From Candidatus Hydrogenedentota bacterium (GTDB lineage Bacteria > Hydrogenedentota > Hydrogenedentia > Hydrogenedentales > SLHB01), in the NCBI GenBank assembly GCA_045863335.1, contig BTVY01000033.1:2094-66093 (forward strand): a stretch of 64,000 bases of DNA, read 5' to 3'. The position numbers were made by a program, and so were the translations under genes. The notes below the pieces were generated by a model. That model did not search any database and was not told the origin of the DNA. It saw only the letters and a list, made by a program, of their open reading frames with translations. Within the stretch, counting starts at the first letter, position 1, and every line of letters begins with the position of its first letter. Shown in pieces: positions 1 through 8,733 of this stretch.

Positions 1-389
1 TTTGCGTTGTCGAGCTTGTTGACGGCGAGCACGATGGGTTTGCTGTATTTGAACAACTCGTCGCGGATTTCGATGTCGCCTCGCGTGATCTCCTGTTGCC
101 CGTCCACCACGAAGACGATCACCTGCGCGTCCTGAAGCGCGGAGCGGACCTGGGATTGGATCTGGTGGGTGATGGGATCGGTGGGGTTGTCCACGATCCC
201 GCCGGTGTCGACGATGCGGAAGGCGCGCCCGTGCCACTCGGCGGTGCCGTAGGCGCGATCGCGGGTGACGCCGACTTCACCGTGAACGATGGCGCTCTGG
301 CGCCCGGTGATTCGATTGAACAGGGTCGATTTGCCCACGTTGGGCCGGCCGCAGATGGCGACCAGGGGCAAACGGGTGGAAGGCGGCAT
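1..389 (-). CDS. der: GTPase Der/EngA, N-terminal part (gene runs off window start)
   Basis: Reverse translation from 389 gives MPPSTRLPLVAICGRPNVGKSTLFNRITGRQSAIV..., a P-loop G1 motif GRPNVGKST typical of Der/EngA. Start overlaps the pgsA stop (ATGA). Confidence 0.8.
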   Translation of the reverse strand, partial: MPPSTRLPLVAICGRPNVGKSTLFNRITGRQSAIVHGEVGVTRDRAYGTAEWHGRAFRIVDTGGIVDNPTDPITHQIQSQVRSALQDAQVIVFVVDGQQEITRGDIEIRDELFKYSKPIVLAVNKLDNA

Positions 390-946
390 CAGGCTTGGTC
401 CTCGTTGCCGACCTGTTTGACGCCCGCGTACAGGTATACGGCGAAAGATACGATGGAAATAGCGAGTGTCGCGAACAACAGGCCGTTGACAAACCGCGGG
501 TGCAATTCCAGCAATACCGAAATAATCAGACTCATCTGCAGGGCCGTCGTCAGCTTGCCCGCGATATGGGGTGATGCCCGGACGGGGCCGTAATATTCGT
601 TAATCAAATAGGCGCCGATGACAATGATCGCGTCCCGGCTGAGAATCAGCACCGGAAACCACGCGGGAATCGGAGTCCGAAGCTCGCCATTGACCGCGAG
701 GAATACGAACGCGGTATTCACGAGGAGCTTGTCCGCCAGAGGATCCAGCACGGCGCCCAGTTTCGTCTTCTGGTTGTAGGCGCGGGCAACGAACCCGTCG
801 ATGCCGTCCGAAATCGCGGCGACGCCGAAGGTCGCGAGCGCGGCGATCCGGAACCAGGGTTGCTCGCGGGTGTAAGACATGATGAGCACCGCGAACACCG
901 GCACCAGCACGAGGCGGCCGATGGTAATTCGATTTGCAAGCGTCAT
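389..946 (-). CDS. pgsA: CDP-diacylglycerol--glycerol-3-phosphate 3-phosphatidyltransferase (CDP-alcohol phosphatidyltransferase family)
   Basis: 185-aa ORF with N-terminal NRITIGRL and DGxDGxxAR...G...DPxADK motif (ISDGIDGFVARAYNQKTKLGAVLDPLADK) plus multiple TM segments. Confidence 0.85.
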   Translation of the reverse strand: MTLANRITIGRLVLVPVFAVLIMSYTREQPWFRIAALATFGVAAISDGIDGFVARAYNQKTKLGAVLDPLADKLLVNTAFVFLAVNGELRTPIPAWFPVLILSRDAIIVIGAYLINEYYGPVRASPHIAGKLTTALQMSLIISVLLELHPRFVNGLLFATLAISIVSFAVYLYAGVKQVGNEDQA

Positions 947-1102
947 CGGTTTGCTCTCGATACCAGAAGGAACGCCCCGCCCATTACAACGCGGAAGTAT
1001 ACCAGCGGTATGGAGAATGGGTCAATGGAGCGGGATCGGCAACGGATACAGAAGCCGGGCGAGGCAGCGGAGGCTCGGCCCCTGGAGCGTGAGACCAGTG
1101 CG

Positions 1103-1486
1103 TCACACGTCCTGGTTGGCCGGGAGGTGACGGCGAATTTGGGCGACCAGTTCGGCCGGCGTGAACGGCTTGAGTACCAAGGCCGCCGCGCCCGCCTCCT
1201 TGCACTTCGCGCGCGCATCCGGGGTATGGGCGGACGATAAGCACAGGACCGGGATGCCGTCGGTTCGGGGATTGGCCTTGATTTGCTGGCAAACTTCGTA
1301 GCCGCTCATCATGGGCATCATGATGTCGAGCAGAATCAAGTCCGGCGACTCGCTCTCCGCGATATCAAGCGCACTGATTCCGTCGTAGGCGCTCATTACC
1401 TCGAATCCTTCGGTCGTGAGCGTGCGCGCAATCAGAGTGACTACATCCGGTTCATCGTCCACCACGAGGATCTTTGTGCCTTCCAC
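1103..1486 (-). CDS. Single-domain response regulator (CheY-like receiver)
   Basis: 127 aa with KILVVDDEPDV...DLILLDIMMP...LK receiver motifs and conserved Asp pocket. No output domain. Confidence 0.8.
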   Translation of the reverse strand: MEGTKILVVDDEPDVVTLIARTLTTEGFEVMSAYDGISALDIAESESPDLILLDIMMPMMSGYEVCQQIKANPRTDGIPVLCLSSAHTPDARAKCKEAGAAALVLKPFTPAELVAQIRRHLPANQDV

Positions 1487-1491
1487 GTTGC

Positions 1492-1956
1492 CTACCTTTC
1501 GTTTCGTCGTATGCCCCGGTCCGTAACATGCAAATCGATGGTATGCATTCGGGTTCGCGTCGATCGCGAAGAGGCCGGGCGCCGCGCCTGTGAAACCACC
1601 GGCCGCGTCGCGGGGCGTTCCAGCGCCTTACGCAGCAACTGGACCCCGTGATCCATGAACCCGACTTCATCCTCCGCGTTGCGCACGATCATGCCTTCCA
1701 CGGGGGCGGACAAAGGATACCGAAACTCCTCGTCGCGCATCAGTTGGACCATGACAATCGTGCCTTGCGGCAGTGAATCCAGCATACGAACGCACATGCC
1801 GTACGGCGTGACGTTGATTATGACCCCTTGGTAGGTCATATCCGGCACTTCCTTGGGCCACACGAGGCAGGGGCGGCACGTTTCCGTTCGCGGGGCACGC
1901 CGTTTGCCGCGCCGCAGGGAACGGTTGTCGCCGCTCATCATCATATCGTCACCCAT
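1492..1956 (-). CDS. Hypothetical protein, possible PilZ-like c-di-GMP binding domain
   Basis: ORF immediately upstream of the response regulator on the same strand. RRGKRRAPR (RxxxR) followed by GVIINVTPYGMCV resembles PilZ motifs. C-terminal tail is low complexity and the start is uncertain. Confidence 0.45.
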   Translation of the reverse strand: MGDDMMMSGDNRSLRRGKRRAPRTETCRPCLVWPKEVPDMTYQGVIINVTPYGMCVRMLDSLPQGTIVMVQLMRDEEFRYPLSAPVEGMIVRNAEDEVGFMDHGVQLLRKALERPATRPVVSQARRPASSRSTRTRMHTIDLHVTDRGIRRNER

Positions 1957-2143
1957 TGCGTACCTCGCACCTGTACGGCGTCTTCCACGTACTGTACCAC
2001 ACCTCCCGTTTTATTTCATACGGAAATACGAAAAGTTCGAGGCGAAGAGTTTTTACTCCGCGCGCGATATCGCGACCACCATTGGATCTGAGTTTACTCT
2101 CGCGTAGACTGAACGCCCTGGAACTCAAAGCGGGAGCCCGGTA

Positions 2144-5100
2144 GTGTTCCGACTTCTTCCTCGCCGATTCGTGATAGTTGTTCTGATCGCATGCTGTTTA
2201 TCGGCAAACGCCGTCGATTTCTCGTGGCTCACGGGCCGATCCTCGAAAGATGCGGGAGAGTCATCGAACCCCGCGTTTGCCGAGATATTGCTGGAAACCA
2301 GCGCGGAAGGCGTCACGTGGGGGAATCCCCTCGATTCAGGGACGATCCATGCGCTGGTCGTAGCCCCCCGGTTTACCCTCCGCGATGTCCAGGTCCTCGC
2401 GACGCAGCTTTCTCTGGATGTCGAGCTGGTCCCGTTCTGGGATGCAGGCTCGATTGGTCCCCCGGAGGATGTCGCGTCCGTTCCGGTTCCCGGAACCCAG
2501 GAAACGCTCGATTCCCTGCGGGCGGCCCTCGGTCAGGATTTGGATGTCATCGTCATTGCCAATGTGGACATGACCCGCATCCCCACCGCCGAGTTCAATC
2601 TTCTGGTGGAAAAGGTGCGCGGGGGCACCGGTCTGGTGCTGGCCCATCATCGCAAGACCGCTTCTCCGGAACTCCAGGCGTTCTTTGATGCCATCGAACC
2701 GGCGCCGGGCAACGATATCGTCACGCGAGGCATCGGCCATCAGCTCACTCCGGAGTGGCCCGGCGGTCTCGGATTCGTACAGACGGGTTCCCTGGGCGAG
2801 GGCCGCGTTGTGGAACTCGACTTTCCCGGACCCAGGCCGGAAACGCATTGTTTGATACCGTCGCTGACCTACGGTCTCCAGGCTGAGTGGGAGCATTTCG
2901 ACACGTATCTTTCGCTTGCGGCACGCGCCATTCGGTGGGCGGCGAGACGGGATCCCGCCACGGCCATCCTGCGTGTGGAGCCGGAGCAGCTTCCCGCCCC
3001 CAGCGCAACCGAATTACCGGCTGGTCTGGATACCGAAGTCGAGGGAGACGCCCTGGACCTGATTCGCCGGCAACTTATCCGGCCCTTCATCGTCCAACTC
3101 GACGGGCCCGCCGCGAAAGGTTACAGCGTACGCACGCGGGTGCGCCGTCCGGGGCTGGGTTCGCCCGTCATTGCGACGCCTCTTACCTCGACGCTGGAGA
3201 AAGGGGAAACCACCACGCGCGTTTACCTGGTCGCGGGATCCGGCCAGTACTATCTCGACGTCTGGCTCCTCGACAAGGACGAAGTGGTGGACTGGTTCAC
3301 GGAGGCCGTGGTGGTCGAGGCATGGCCTGTTATCAACAACCTCACGCTCAACCGCGCCACGCTGCTTTCACAGGATACGCTGGGGCTCTCGTTTACCATG
3401 CCGCCTCGCGAGCGCCCGGCCGCGGTGTTGATACGGGCGACGGACCCCTGGCGGCGCGTGGTGGCGGAGTCGTTCGTGCGCGTGCCACCGGAGACGGGGT
3501 TGGTGAAGGGAAGTCTCGATCTGGACGACCTCATCGGTGGGCCGTTGAAGGTCGAAGTCTTTGCCGTGGACCGGGACGCGGAGCTCTTCACGGAATGGGA
3601 TACCACCTACGCGGCCTACGCCTATCGCCACGTGCCCGTCCAGGTGTCGCATCGCGAGTCGCGGCTGAACCTTGTCGCGGCAATCGACGGGTCAGCCGAG
3701 TACAACGCGCGATCCGCCTATCGCGCACTGGCGGATGCCGGTGTATCGGGCGCTCACACCGAAGGCACGGTTGACGCCGTGGCCTTTCTCGCCGATGCCG
3801 GCATTGAGCCGATTCCCCGGGTGGCACAATACACGCCAACGCACATCGTGGGCGGGGCGGTCCGCGAACCCTGTTTTACCGATCCGGCATGGTTGGCTGT
3901 CGAGGCCGAGCGTCTCGCCGCTGAAGTGGACTTTGTCCGGCTCGCCGGCGCGAACCGGTTTTCGCTCGGAGAAGGGAACTGCTTGACGACAGGGATTGAT
4001 CCGGTGTGCCAGTCGGCATCCGCAGTCGATGCGTACTGGCAGTACCTTCGCGAGGTTTATGGTTCCGGAGGTTCACCGCAGGCGGACCATGGCACGGCTG
4101 CGGATTCTGCGTCCTTCGACCAATGGGTCGATTTCCGATCCTTTATGGACGGCGTGTTCACCGGTTTCCATGCCGACAGGTGCAGTCAGATTCGTCAAGT
4201 CGACAATCGCCTGACCGCGGGGTTCGTTGCGAGACCGGGCGCCAACGCGTTCACTGGATACGATTGGCCGCGTATGATACGAGCGGTTGATTGGCTCGCT
4301 GTTCCTCTGGACCCGCGGGTGGTAGAGCGCGTCCGCAGCTACCGGAGCGGCGGCCAAAGATTTGGACTGTCTGTACCCTCATTTGGCGCTGATGAAGGTG
4401 AGGGGAAGATGCGATGGATTCCCTGGTACGCCGCACTTCACGGGTTGGACGAGCTCTGGCTGCCGCCGGTGATCGCGACGGGAAACCATGTCGTTGATAC
4501 GCCATTGATCGGTCCGGCCGGTACGCTGGTGGACCAGGCCCCGGACTTGTTCGATGCCGTTGACGGGCTATCGTCCGGCACACAGCGGTTCCTTCATGAA
4601 GCGCGCCGGGAAACTTCCGGCATTGCCGTGTACGACAGCCGGTCGAGCTACTACCTCAATCACGCCGAGCCGTCCTTCGGCTGCGATTCTCCCACGGCGG
4701 AGAGTTACTTCATCGAGCTAATCCGGCGGCTTGGGTATCAGTTTGACTACCTGACGTCCGAAGACGTAGCAATCGGGAAACTCTCAGACTACAAGGTTTT
4801 GATCCTCCCCATGGTCCGCGCCATGAGCGATGCGGAGCTTGAAGCGGTCCGGACCTTCCACGGGAATGGGGGGAATCTGATTGCCGATCTATCGCCTGGC
4901 GCGTACGACCAGCACGGGATTCCGCGCGACGCGCCTCCGCTGGATGACCGGTTTGGCGTCCGCCACGGAGCCCTTCCGCACGCAAGCGCCCCGTCTGCCG
5001 CGCTGATTCAGATCGATCTCGACGGGAAGCGGGCGTCGGGAAGCTTTGGAGGAGTGACGGCGGATTCCGGCGTCGAGGCGGTTGGGGCTTCCGTTGGAGG

Positions 5101-5806
5101 GCTGGCGGGGACGACCCCGGTGTGGCTGATCCATCGCAGCACGGGCATCGCGGCCTTGATCAATCATATACTCCCGGAATCGGGCGAATACGCTTCCATG
5201 CTCGCCACCCTTTTGGATACCGTGCTCGAGGCGTGCGGGATTCAAAGGCCGGTTCAAGTTGAAGGTACTGCCGGCGCGCGATTCCGCGGCGAAGTATTCT
5301 CCTACGAACTGGATGGGAACCGGCTCATTGCGTTGCTGGCAGACCCCGGTGAGAGCGCGCAGGATCTCCGGATTGTTCTGCCCGATGCCGTGGCCCATTA
5401 CGATGCCAGGAACGATCGATCCATTAGCCGTTACCGGAACCACTCGGTGACCCTTGGATCCGGGGAAAGCGCGTTGTACGCGGTCTTGCCGTACAGCGTA
5501 AGCAGCATCGACCTGCAAGCTTTGCCTAGCGTGGCGGCGGGGGAACGGCTGCCCTTCACACTTGGCATCAAGGCACGCAAGGGTGATCCCGCCACGCACG
5601 TGGTGCACGTGGACCTGCTGTCACTACAAACCGAAGGGACAAAGCGGATCGCGTACTACGGTCAGGACGTGATCTGCCGCAGCGGACTCGGCGAAGGATT
5701 CGTCCGGCTTGCGCTGAACGAGCGCCCCGGCGTATACAAACTCGTGGCGCGGGACGCGCTCACGGGAATGACGGCGGAGTCCGTCGTCAAGATTATGGAA
5801 CCGTAG
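2144..5806 (+). CDS. Large secreted protein (1220 aa) with GATase1-like / beta-galactosidase-trimerisation-like domains
   Basis: N-terminal signal peptide MFRLLPRRFVIVVLIACCLSANA. Internal segments (DVIVIANVDM...LVLAHH and KVLILPMVRAMSDAELEAVRTFHGNGGNLIADL) resemble class-I glutamine-amidotransferase-like/ThuA/GH42-middle-domain folds. Long uninterrupted ORF in high-GC context. Confidence 0.7.
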   Translation: MFRLLPRRFVIVVLIACCLSANAVDFSWLTGRSSKDAGESSNPAFAEILLETSAEGVTWGNPLDSGTIHALVVAPRFTLRDVQVLATQLSLDVELVPFWDAGSIGPPEDVASVPVPGTQETLDSLRAALGQDLDVIVIANVDMTRIPTAEFNLLVEKVRGGTGLVLAHHRKTASPELQAFFDAIEPAPGNDIVTRGIGHQLTPEWPGGLGFVQTGSLGEGRVVELDFPGPRPETHCLIPSLTYGLQAEWEHFDTYLSLAARAIRWAARRDPATAILRVEPEQLPAPSATELPAGLDTEVEGDALDLIRRQLIRPFIVQLDGPAAKGYSVRTRVRRPGLGSPVIATPLTSTLEKGETTTRVYLVAGSGQYYLDVWLLDKDEVVDWFTEAVVVEAWPVINNLTLNRATLLSQDTLGLSFTMPPRERPAAVLIRATDPWRRVVAESFVRVPPETGLVKGSLDLDDLIGGPLKVEVFAVDRDAELFTEWDTTYAAYAYRHVPVQVSHRESRLNLVAAIDGSAEYNARSAYRALADAGVSGAHTEGTVDAVAFLADAGIEPIPRVAQYTPTHIVGGAVREPCFTDPAWLAVEAERLAAEVDFVRLAGANRFSLGEGNCLTTGIDPVCQSASAVDAYWQYLREVYGSGGSPQADHGTAADSASFDQWVDFRSFMDGVFTGFHADRCSQIRQVDNRLTAGFVARPGANAFTGYDWPRMIRAVDWLAVPLDPRVVERVRSYRSGGQRFGLSVPSFGADEGEGKMRWIPWYAALHGLDELWLPPVIATGNHVVDTPLIGPAGTLVDQAPDLFDAVDGLSSGTQRFLHEARRETSGIAVYDSRSSYYLNHAEPSFGCDSPTAESYFIELIRRLGYQFDYLTSEDVAIGKLSDYKVLILPMVRAMSDAELEAVRTFHGNGGNLIADLSPGAYDQHGIPRDAPPLDDRFGVRHGALPHASAPSAALIQIDLDGKRASGSFGGVTADSGVEAVGASVGGLAGTTPVWLIHRSTGIAALINHILPESGEYASMLATLLDTVLEACGIQRPVQVEGTAGARFRGEVFSYELDGNRLIALLADPGESAQDLRIVLPDAVAHYDARNDRSISRYRNHSVTLGSGESALYAVLPYSVSSIDLQALPSVAAGERLPFTLGIKARKGDPATHVVHVDLLSLQTEGTKRIAYYGQDVICRSGLGEGFVRLALNERPGVYKLVARDALTGMTAESVVKIMEP

Positions 5807-5858
5807 CCGCGCCGGAAGCGTAGTACGATCGCGCGAAGTGGGCCGTTTGGAGAGTGGG

Positions 5859-6572
5859 ATGCTTGCCGGGATACATCAGTTGCACTACTTGCCGTGGCTA
5901 CGCTATTTCGACAAGATCGCGCGCTGCGACGTCTTCATCGTGCTCGACAACATCCAGTACAACAAGAACGGCTGGCAGAATCGCAACAAGGTCAAGACTG
6001 CGCAAGGCGCCGCCTTATTAACGGTTCCGGTTCATGCGCCGCTTGGCTCCACGCTCGATGCCGTTCGTATCGACACTACCGCGCGATGGGGTCGGAAACA
6101 TTGGTCGACGATCCAGCAAAGCTATGCGCGCGCGCCCTATTTCGATGAACACCGTTCCTTTCTCGCGGACGTTTATGCGCGAGAATGGGAGGGACTTAAC
6201 GAACTGAACCGGCATATGTTGGAGTACTACGTGCAATCCCTGGACATCCGCACGCCAATCGTGTACTCCTCGGAGTTGAATGTGCCCGGCGAAGCAACCA
6301 CGCGGCTCGTGAATCTGCTGCGGGCCGTCGGCGCGGATCGGTACTACAGCGGCGCGTACGCGCTGGACCAATACCTGGACGCGGACCTGTTGGATGAAGC
6401 CGGCATCACACTCGCGATCCAGCAATGGTCCGCGCCGGTTTATCCCCAACTCCACGGCGACTTCATCCCGGATTTGGCCATCGTCGATTTGTTGATGAAT
6501 TGCGGTCCCGCTTCGCTCGATATCCTCCTCGGAGAAGTGCCGGCGGGAGACGATGGGAGCGTGGCGCGATGA
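5859..6572 (+). CDS. WbqC-like family protein (polysaccharide biosynthesis associated)
   Basis: MLAGIHQLHYLPWLRYFDKIARCDVFIVLDNIQYNKNGWQNRNKV is the characteristic WbqC-family N-terminus. GGAGAG Shine-Dalgarno 4 nt upstream of ATG 5859. Stop overlaps the next start. Confidence 0.8.
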   Translation: MLAGIHQLHYLPWLRYFDKIARCDVFIVLDNIQYNKNGWQNRNKVKTAQGAALLTVPVHAPLGSTLDAVRIDTTARWGRKHWSTIQQSYARAPYFDEHRSFLADVYAREWEGLNELNRHMLEYYVQSLDIRTPIVYSSELNVPGEATTRLVNLLRAVGADRYYSGAYALDQYLDADLLDEAGITLAIQQWSAPVYPQLHGDFIPDLAIVDLLMNCGPASLDILLGEVPAGDDGSVAR

Positions 6573-7570
6573 GTGAGACGGTTCGGCGGCCCATTCCGCA
6601 CTCGGCTACGACGCTTGGCGACGCGGAGGTCGAGGCCGCCGCGCGGGTGCTCCGGTCCGGTCACTTGTCCCAAGGGGCCGAAGTCGCCGCGTTCGAGGAT
6701 GCGTGCGCCGCGGTCGTCGGGCGCCGGTACGCGGTCGCGGTGAATAGCGGTACCAGCGCGCTTCACCTCGCACTGGGCGCGTTGGGAGTGGAAGTGGGTG
6801 AGACGGTCGCCGTGCCCTCCTACGGGTGCGCGTCTCTCATTACGGCGGTCCGGCTGCAACGCGCCGAACCAAGTCTTTGCGACATTGGGGAGGCGTTGAC
6901 CCTCGATTCATGCGCCGTGCCGGAGTCATGCCGGGTTTCTATCCAGGCCCACCTTTTCGGCGCGCGCGGGCCTATGCCCGAGGGGACCGTGATAGAAGAC
7001 ATCGCGCAGTCCTTTGGCGGCTCGACGGGACGTAGGGGTCAGATTGCCGTTGCTTCATTCTATGCAACAAAGCTGCTCACGACCGGCGAAGGAGGGATGA
7101 TTCTAACCGACGACGCCGGGGTCGCGGAGTTTGTGCGCGACCGGCGCGACTACGACAATCGCGACGATTTCGTGGGGCGGTACAACTACAAGCTGACGGA
7201 TCTTCAGGCGGCGATTGGCCGCGCGCAATTGCAGCGGCTCCCAGGTTTTCTGGAACGGCGGCGCGAGATCGCGCTTGCGTATCACGACGCCTTTCGCACG
7301 CTTCCCGTCGCGGTCCCCGACCCGGCGGACCACGTGTTCTTCCGGTATGTGCTGCGCACGGAGCGGCGCGATGCGCTGGAGGCCCACCTCCATCGAAGCG
7401 GAATCGAGGCCAAGCGCCCCGTCTACCGCCCCGCGCACCATTACCTTGGAGGCGAGTATCCCAACTCGGAACGGGCGCATCGCGAATGCCTTTCGCTTCC
7501 CATCTACCCGTCGTTGATCGATGCCGAAGCGCGCCATGTGATAGACTCCGTTAGCCGTTTCTTCGAGTGA
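6569..7570 (+). CDS. DegT/DnrJ/EryC1/StrS family sugar aminotransferase
   Basis: SGHLSQGAEVAAFEDA...AVAVNSGTSALHLAL...SFYATKLLTTGEGGMI motifs (PLP-dependent aminotransferase fold with the ATK Lys region). ATG overlaps the WbqC stop (ATGA). Confidence 0.85.
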   Translation: MSETVRRPIPHSATTLGDAEVEAAARVLRSGHLSQGAEVAAFEDACAAVVGRRYAVAVNSGTSALHLALGALGVEVGETVAVPSYGCASLITAVRLQRAEPSLCDIGEALTLDSCAVPESCRVSIQAHLFGARGPMPEGTVIEDIAQSFGGSTGRRGQIAVASFYATKLLTTGEGGMILTDDAGVAEFVRDRRDYDNRDDFVGRYNYKLTDLQAAIGRAQLQRLPGFLERRREIALAYHDAFRTLPVAVPDPADHVFFRYVLRTERRDALEAHLHRSGIEAKRPVYRPAHHYLGGEYPNSERAHRECLSLPIYPSLIDAEARHVIDSVSRFFE

Positions 7571-7603
7571 GGCGGGGTGAACGGGTGAGGGCGGAATAGG
7601 GGC

Positions 7604-8728
7604 ATGCTGCAGAGTCTTCCATACTGGCCGCGCACGTACGTCCTGGTTGGATGCGCCGCCTTTATCATTTCCGCGCTGGGTATGCCGCTGGCCGTCTTCT
7701 TCCTGCGCCGGAGCCGCATTCTCGATCACGTTGCCGACAACAAGATCCACCATGAGCCCACGCCCCGGGGCGGAGGCATTGTAATCTTCCTCGCCTTCGC
7801 TATCGCGGTGCTGCTGCCCAACTACCGCGACAATCCCATGAAGGGCGTCCTGCTCGGGTCCGGGATATGTCTCTTTGTCGGAGCCGTCGACGACATTCGC
7901 GGGGGCATTCCGGCATCGCTGAAGTTCATCACGCTCCTCGGCGTGACCATCATCATGTCCCAGTACGGGGTTCTGCTGAAAGTATTCGGGATCTATCCCC
8001 TCGATCTCGCCCTCACCCTCCTCTGGGTGGTCGGCGTGACGAGCGCGTTCAACGGGATCGACAACATGGACGGACTGGCCGCCGGTATCGCGACGATCGT
8101 CTCCGGGATGTATCTTATCATTGCCGTTCAAGCGTTTCTGGCGGCGGGCACGGAAACGTCGCTCTCCTGGTTTGGCCTGTTGGCGTCGGGGTTGATCGGC
8201 GCGAATCTCGGCTTCCTCATCTACAACTTCAAGCCCGCCCGGATTTTCATGGGCGATTCGGGCAGCTTCTTTCTCGGCTATACCTTGGCGGCCGTCGGCG
8301 TGATGGGCGAGTGGGGCCGCAGCCCCGTCATTTCGTTGTCGATTCCCATTCTCATTCTCGGCGTTCCCATCTTCGATTTCGCGTACATCATCATCGCGCG
8401 CATCTTGCGCGGTGAAACCCGCACACTGCGCGACGTGATCGAGCACTGCGCACCGGATCATCTTTCCCACCGCCTGGTGTGGATCGGGTTTTCGCAGCGA
8501 AAGGCAGTCACGTTCATTTACCTGATTGCCGTGTCCATGGGTGTGAGCGGCATCTTGCTGCGGAACAGCGCCAGCCTTTTCGAAACGGCTCTCGCCCTTT
8601 TTCAAGGGATCGCCATTGTGTTTATCGTCGTCATTCTGATGGCCACCGCGGCCCGGCGGCATCGGGCGCTGCTGGAGGCAGAGGATCTCGCGCCGCGCGT
8701 CATTGGAGAAACGCAGAGTCCGGATTAG
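7604..8728 (+). CDS. Glycosyltransferase family 4 (WecA/MraY-like polyprenyl-phosphate HexNAc-1-phosphate transferase)
   Basis: Polytopic membrane protein with GAVDDIRG, NGIDNMDGLAAG and FMGDSGS motifs shared by the WecA/WbpL/MraY superfamily. Confidence 0.85.
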   Translation: MLQSLPYWPRTYVLVGCAAFIISALGMPLAVFFLRRSRILDHVADNKIHHEPTPRGGGIVIFLAFAIAVLLPNYRDNPMKGVLLGSGICLFVGAVDDIRGGIPASLKFITLLGVTIIMSQYGVLLKVFGIYPLDLALTLLWVVGVTSAFNGIDNMDGLAAGIATIVSGMYLIIAVQAFLAAGTETSLSWFGLLASGLIGANLGFLIYNFKPARIFMGDSGSFFLGYTLAAVGVMGEWGRSPVISLSIPILILGVPIFDFAYIIIARILRGETRTLRDVIEHCAPDHLSHRLVWIGFSQRKAVTFIYLIAVSMGVSGILLRNSASLFETALALFQGIAIVFIVVILMATAARRHRALLEAEDLAPRVIGETQSPD

Positions 8729-8733
8729 CCGGA

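Noticed and set aside
7103-8662. 519-aa minus-strand ORF antisense to the GT4 transferase gene
   Set aside because: Highly charged and repetitive (Asp/Glu/Arg/His-rich) with no domains. The opposite strand encodes a clear polytopic membrane enzyme with conserved motifs.
8479-8733. Upstream in-frame extension of the beta-helix lipoprotein ORF (track start 8479)
   Set aside because: The extension overlaps the 3' end of the GT4 gene and is Arg-rich. A lipoprotein-type signal peptide begins at ATG 8734, immediately after the upstream stop.
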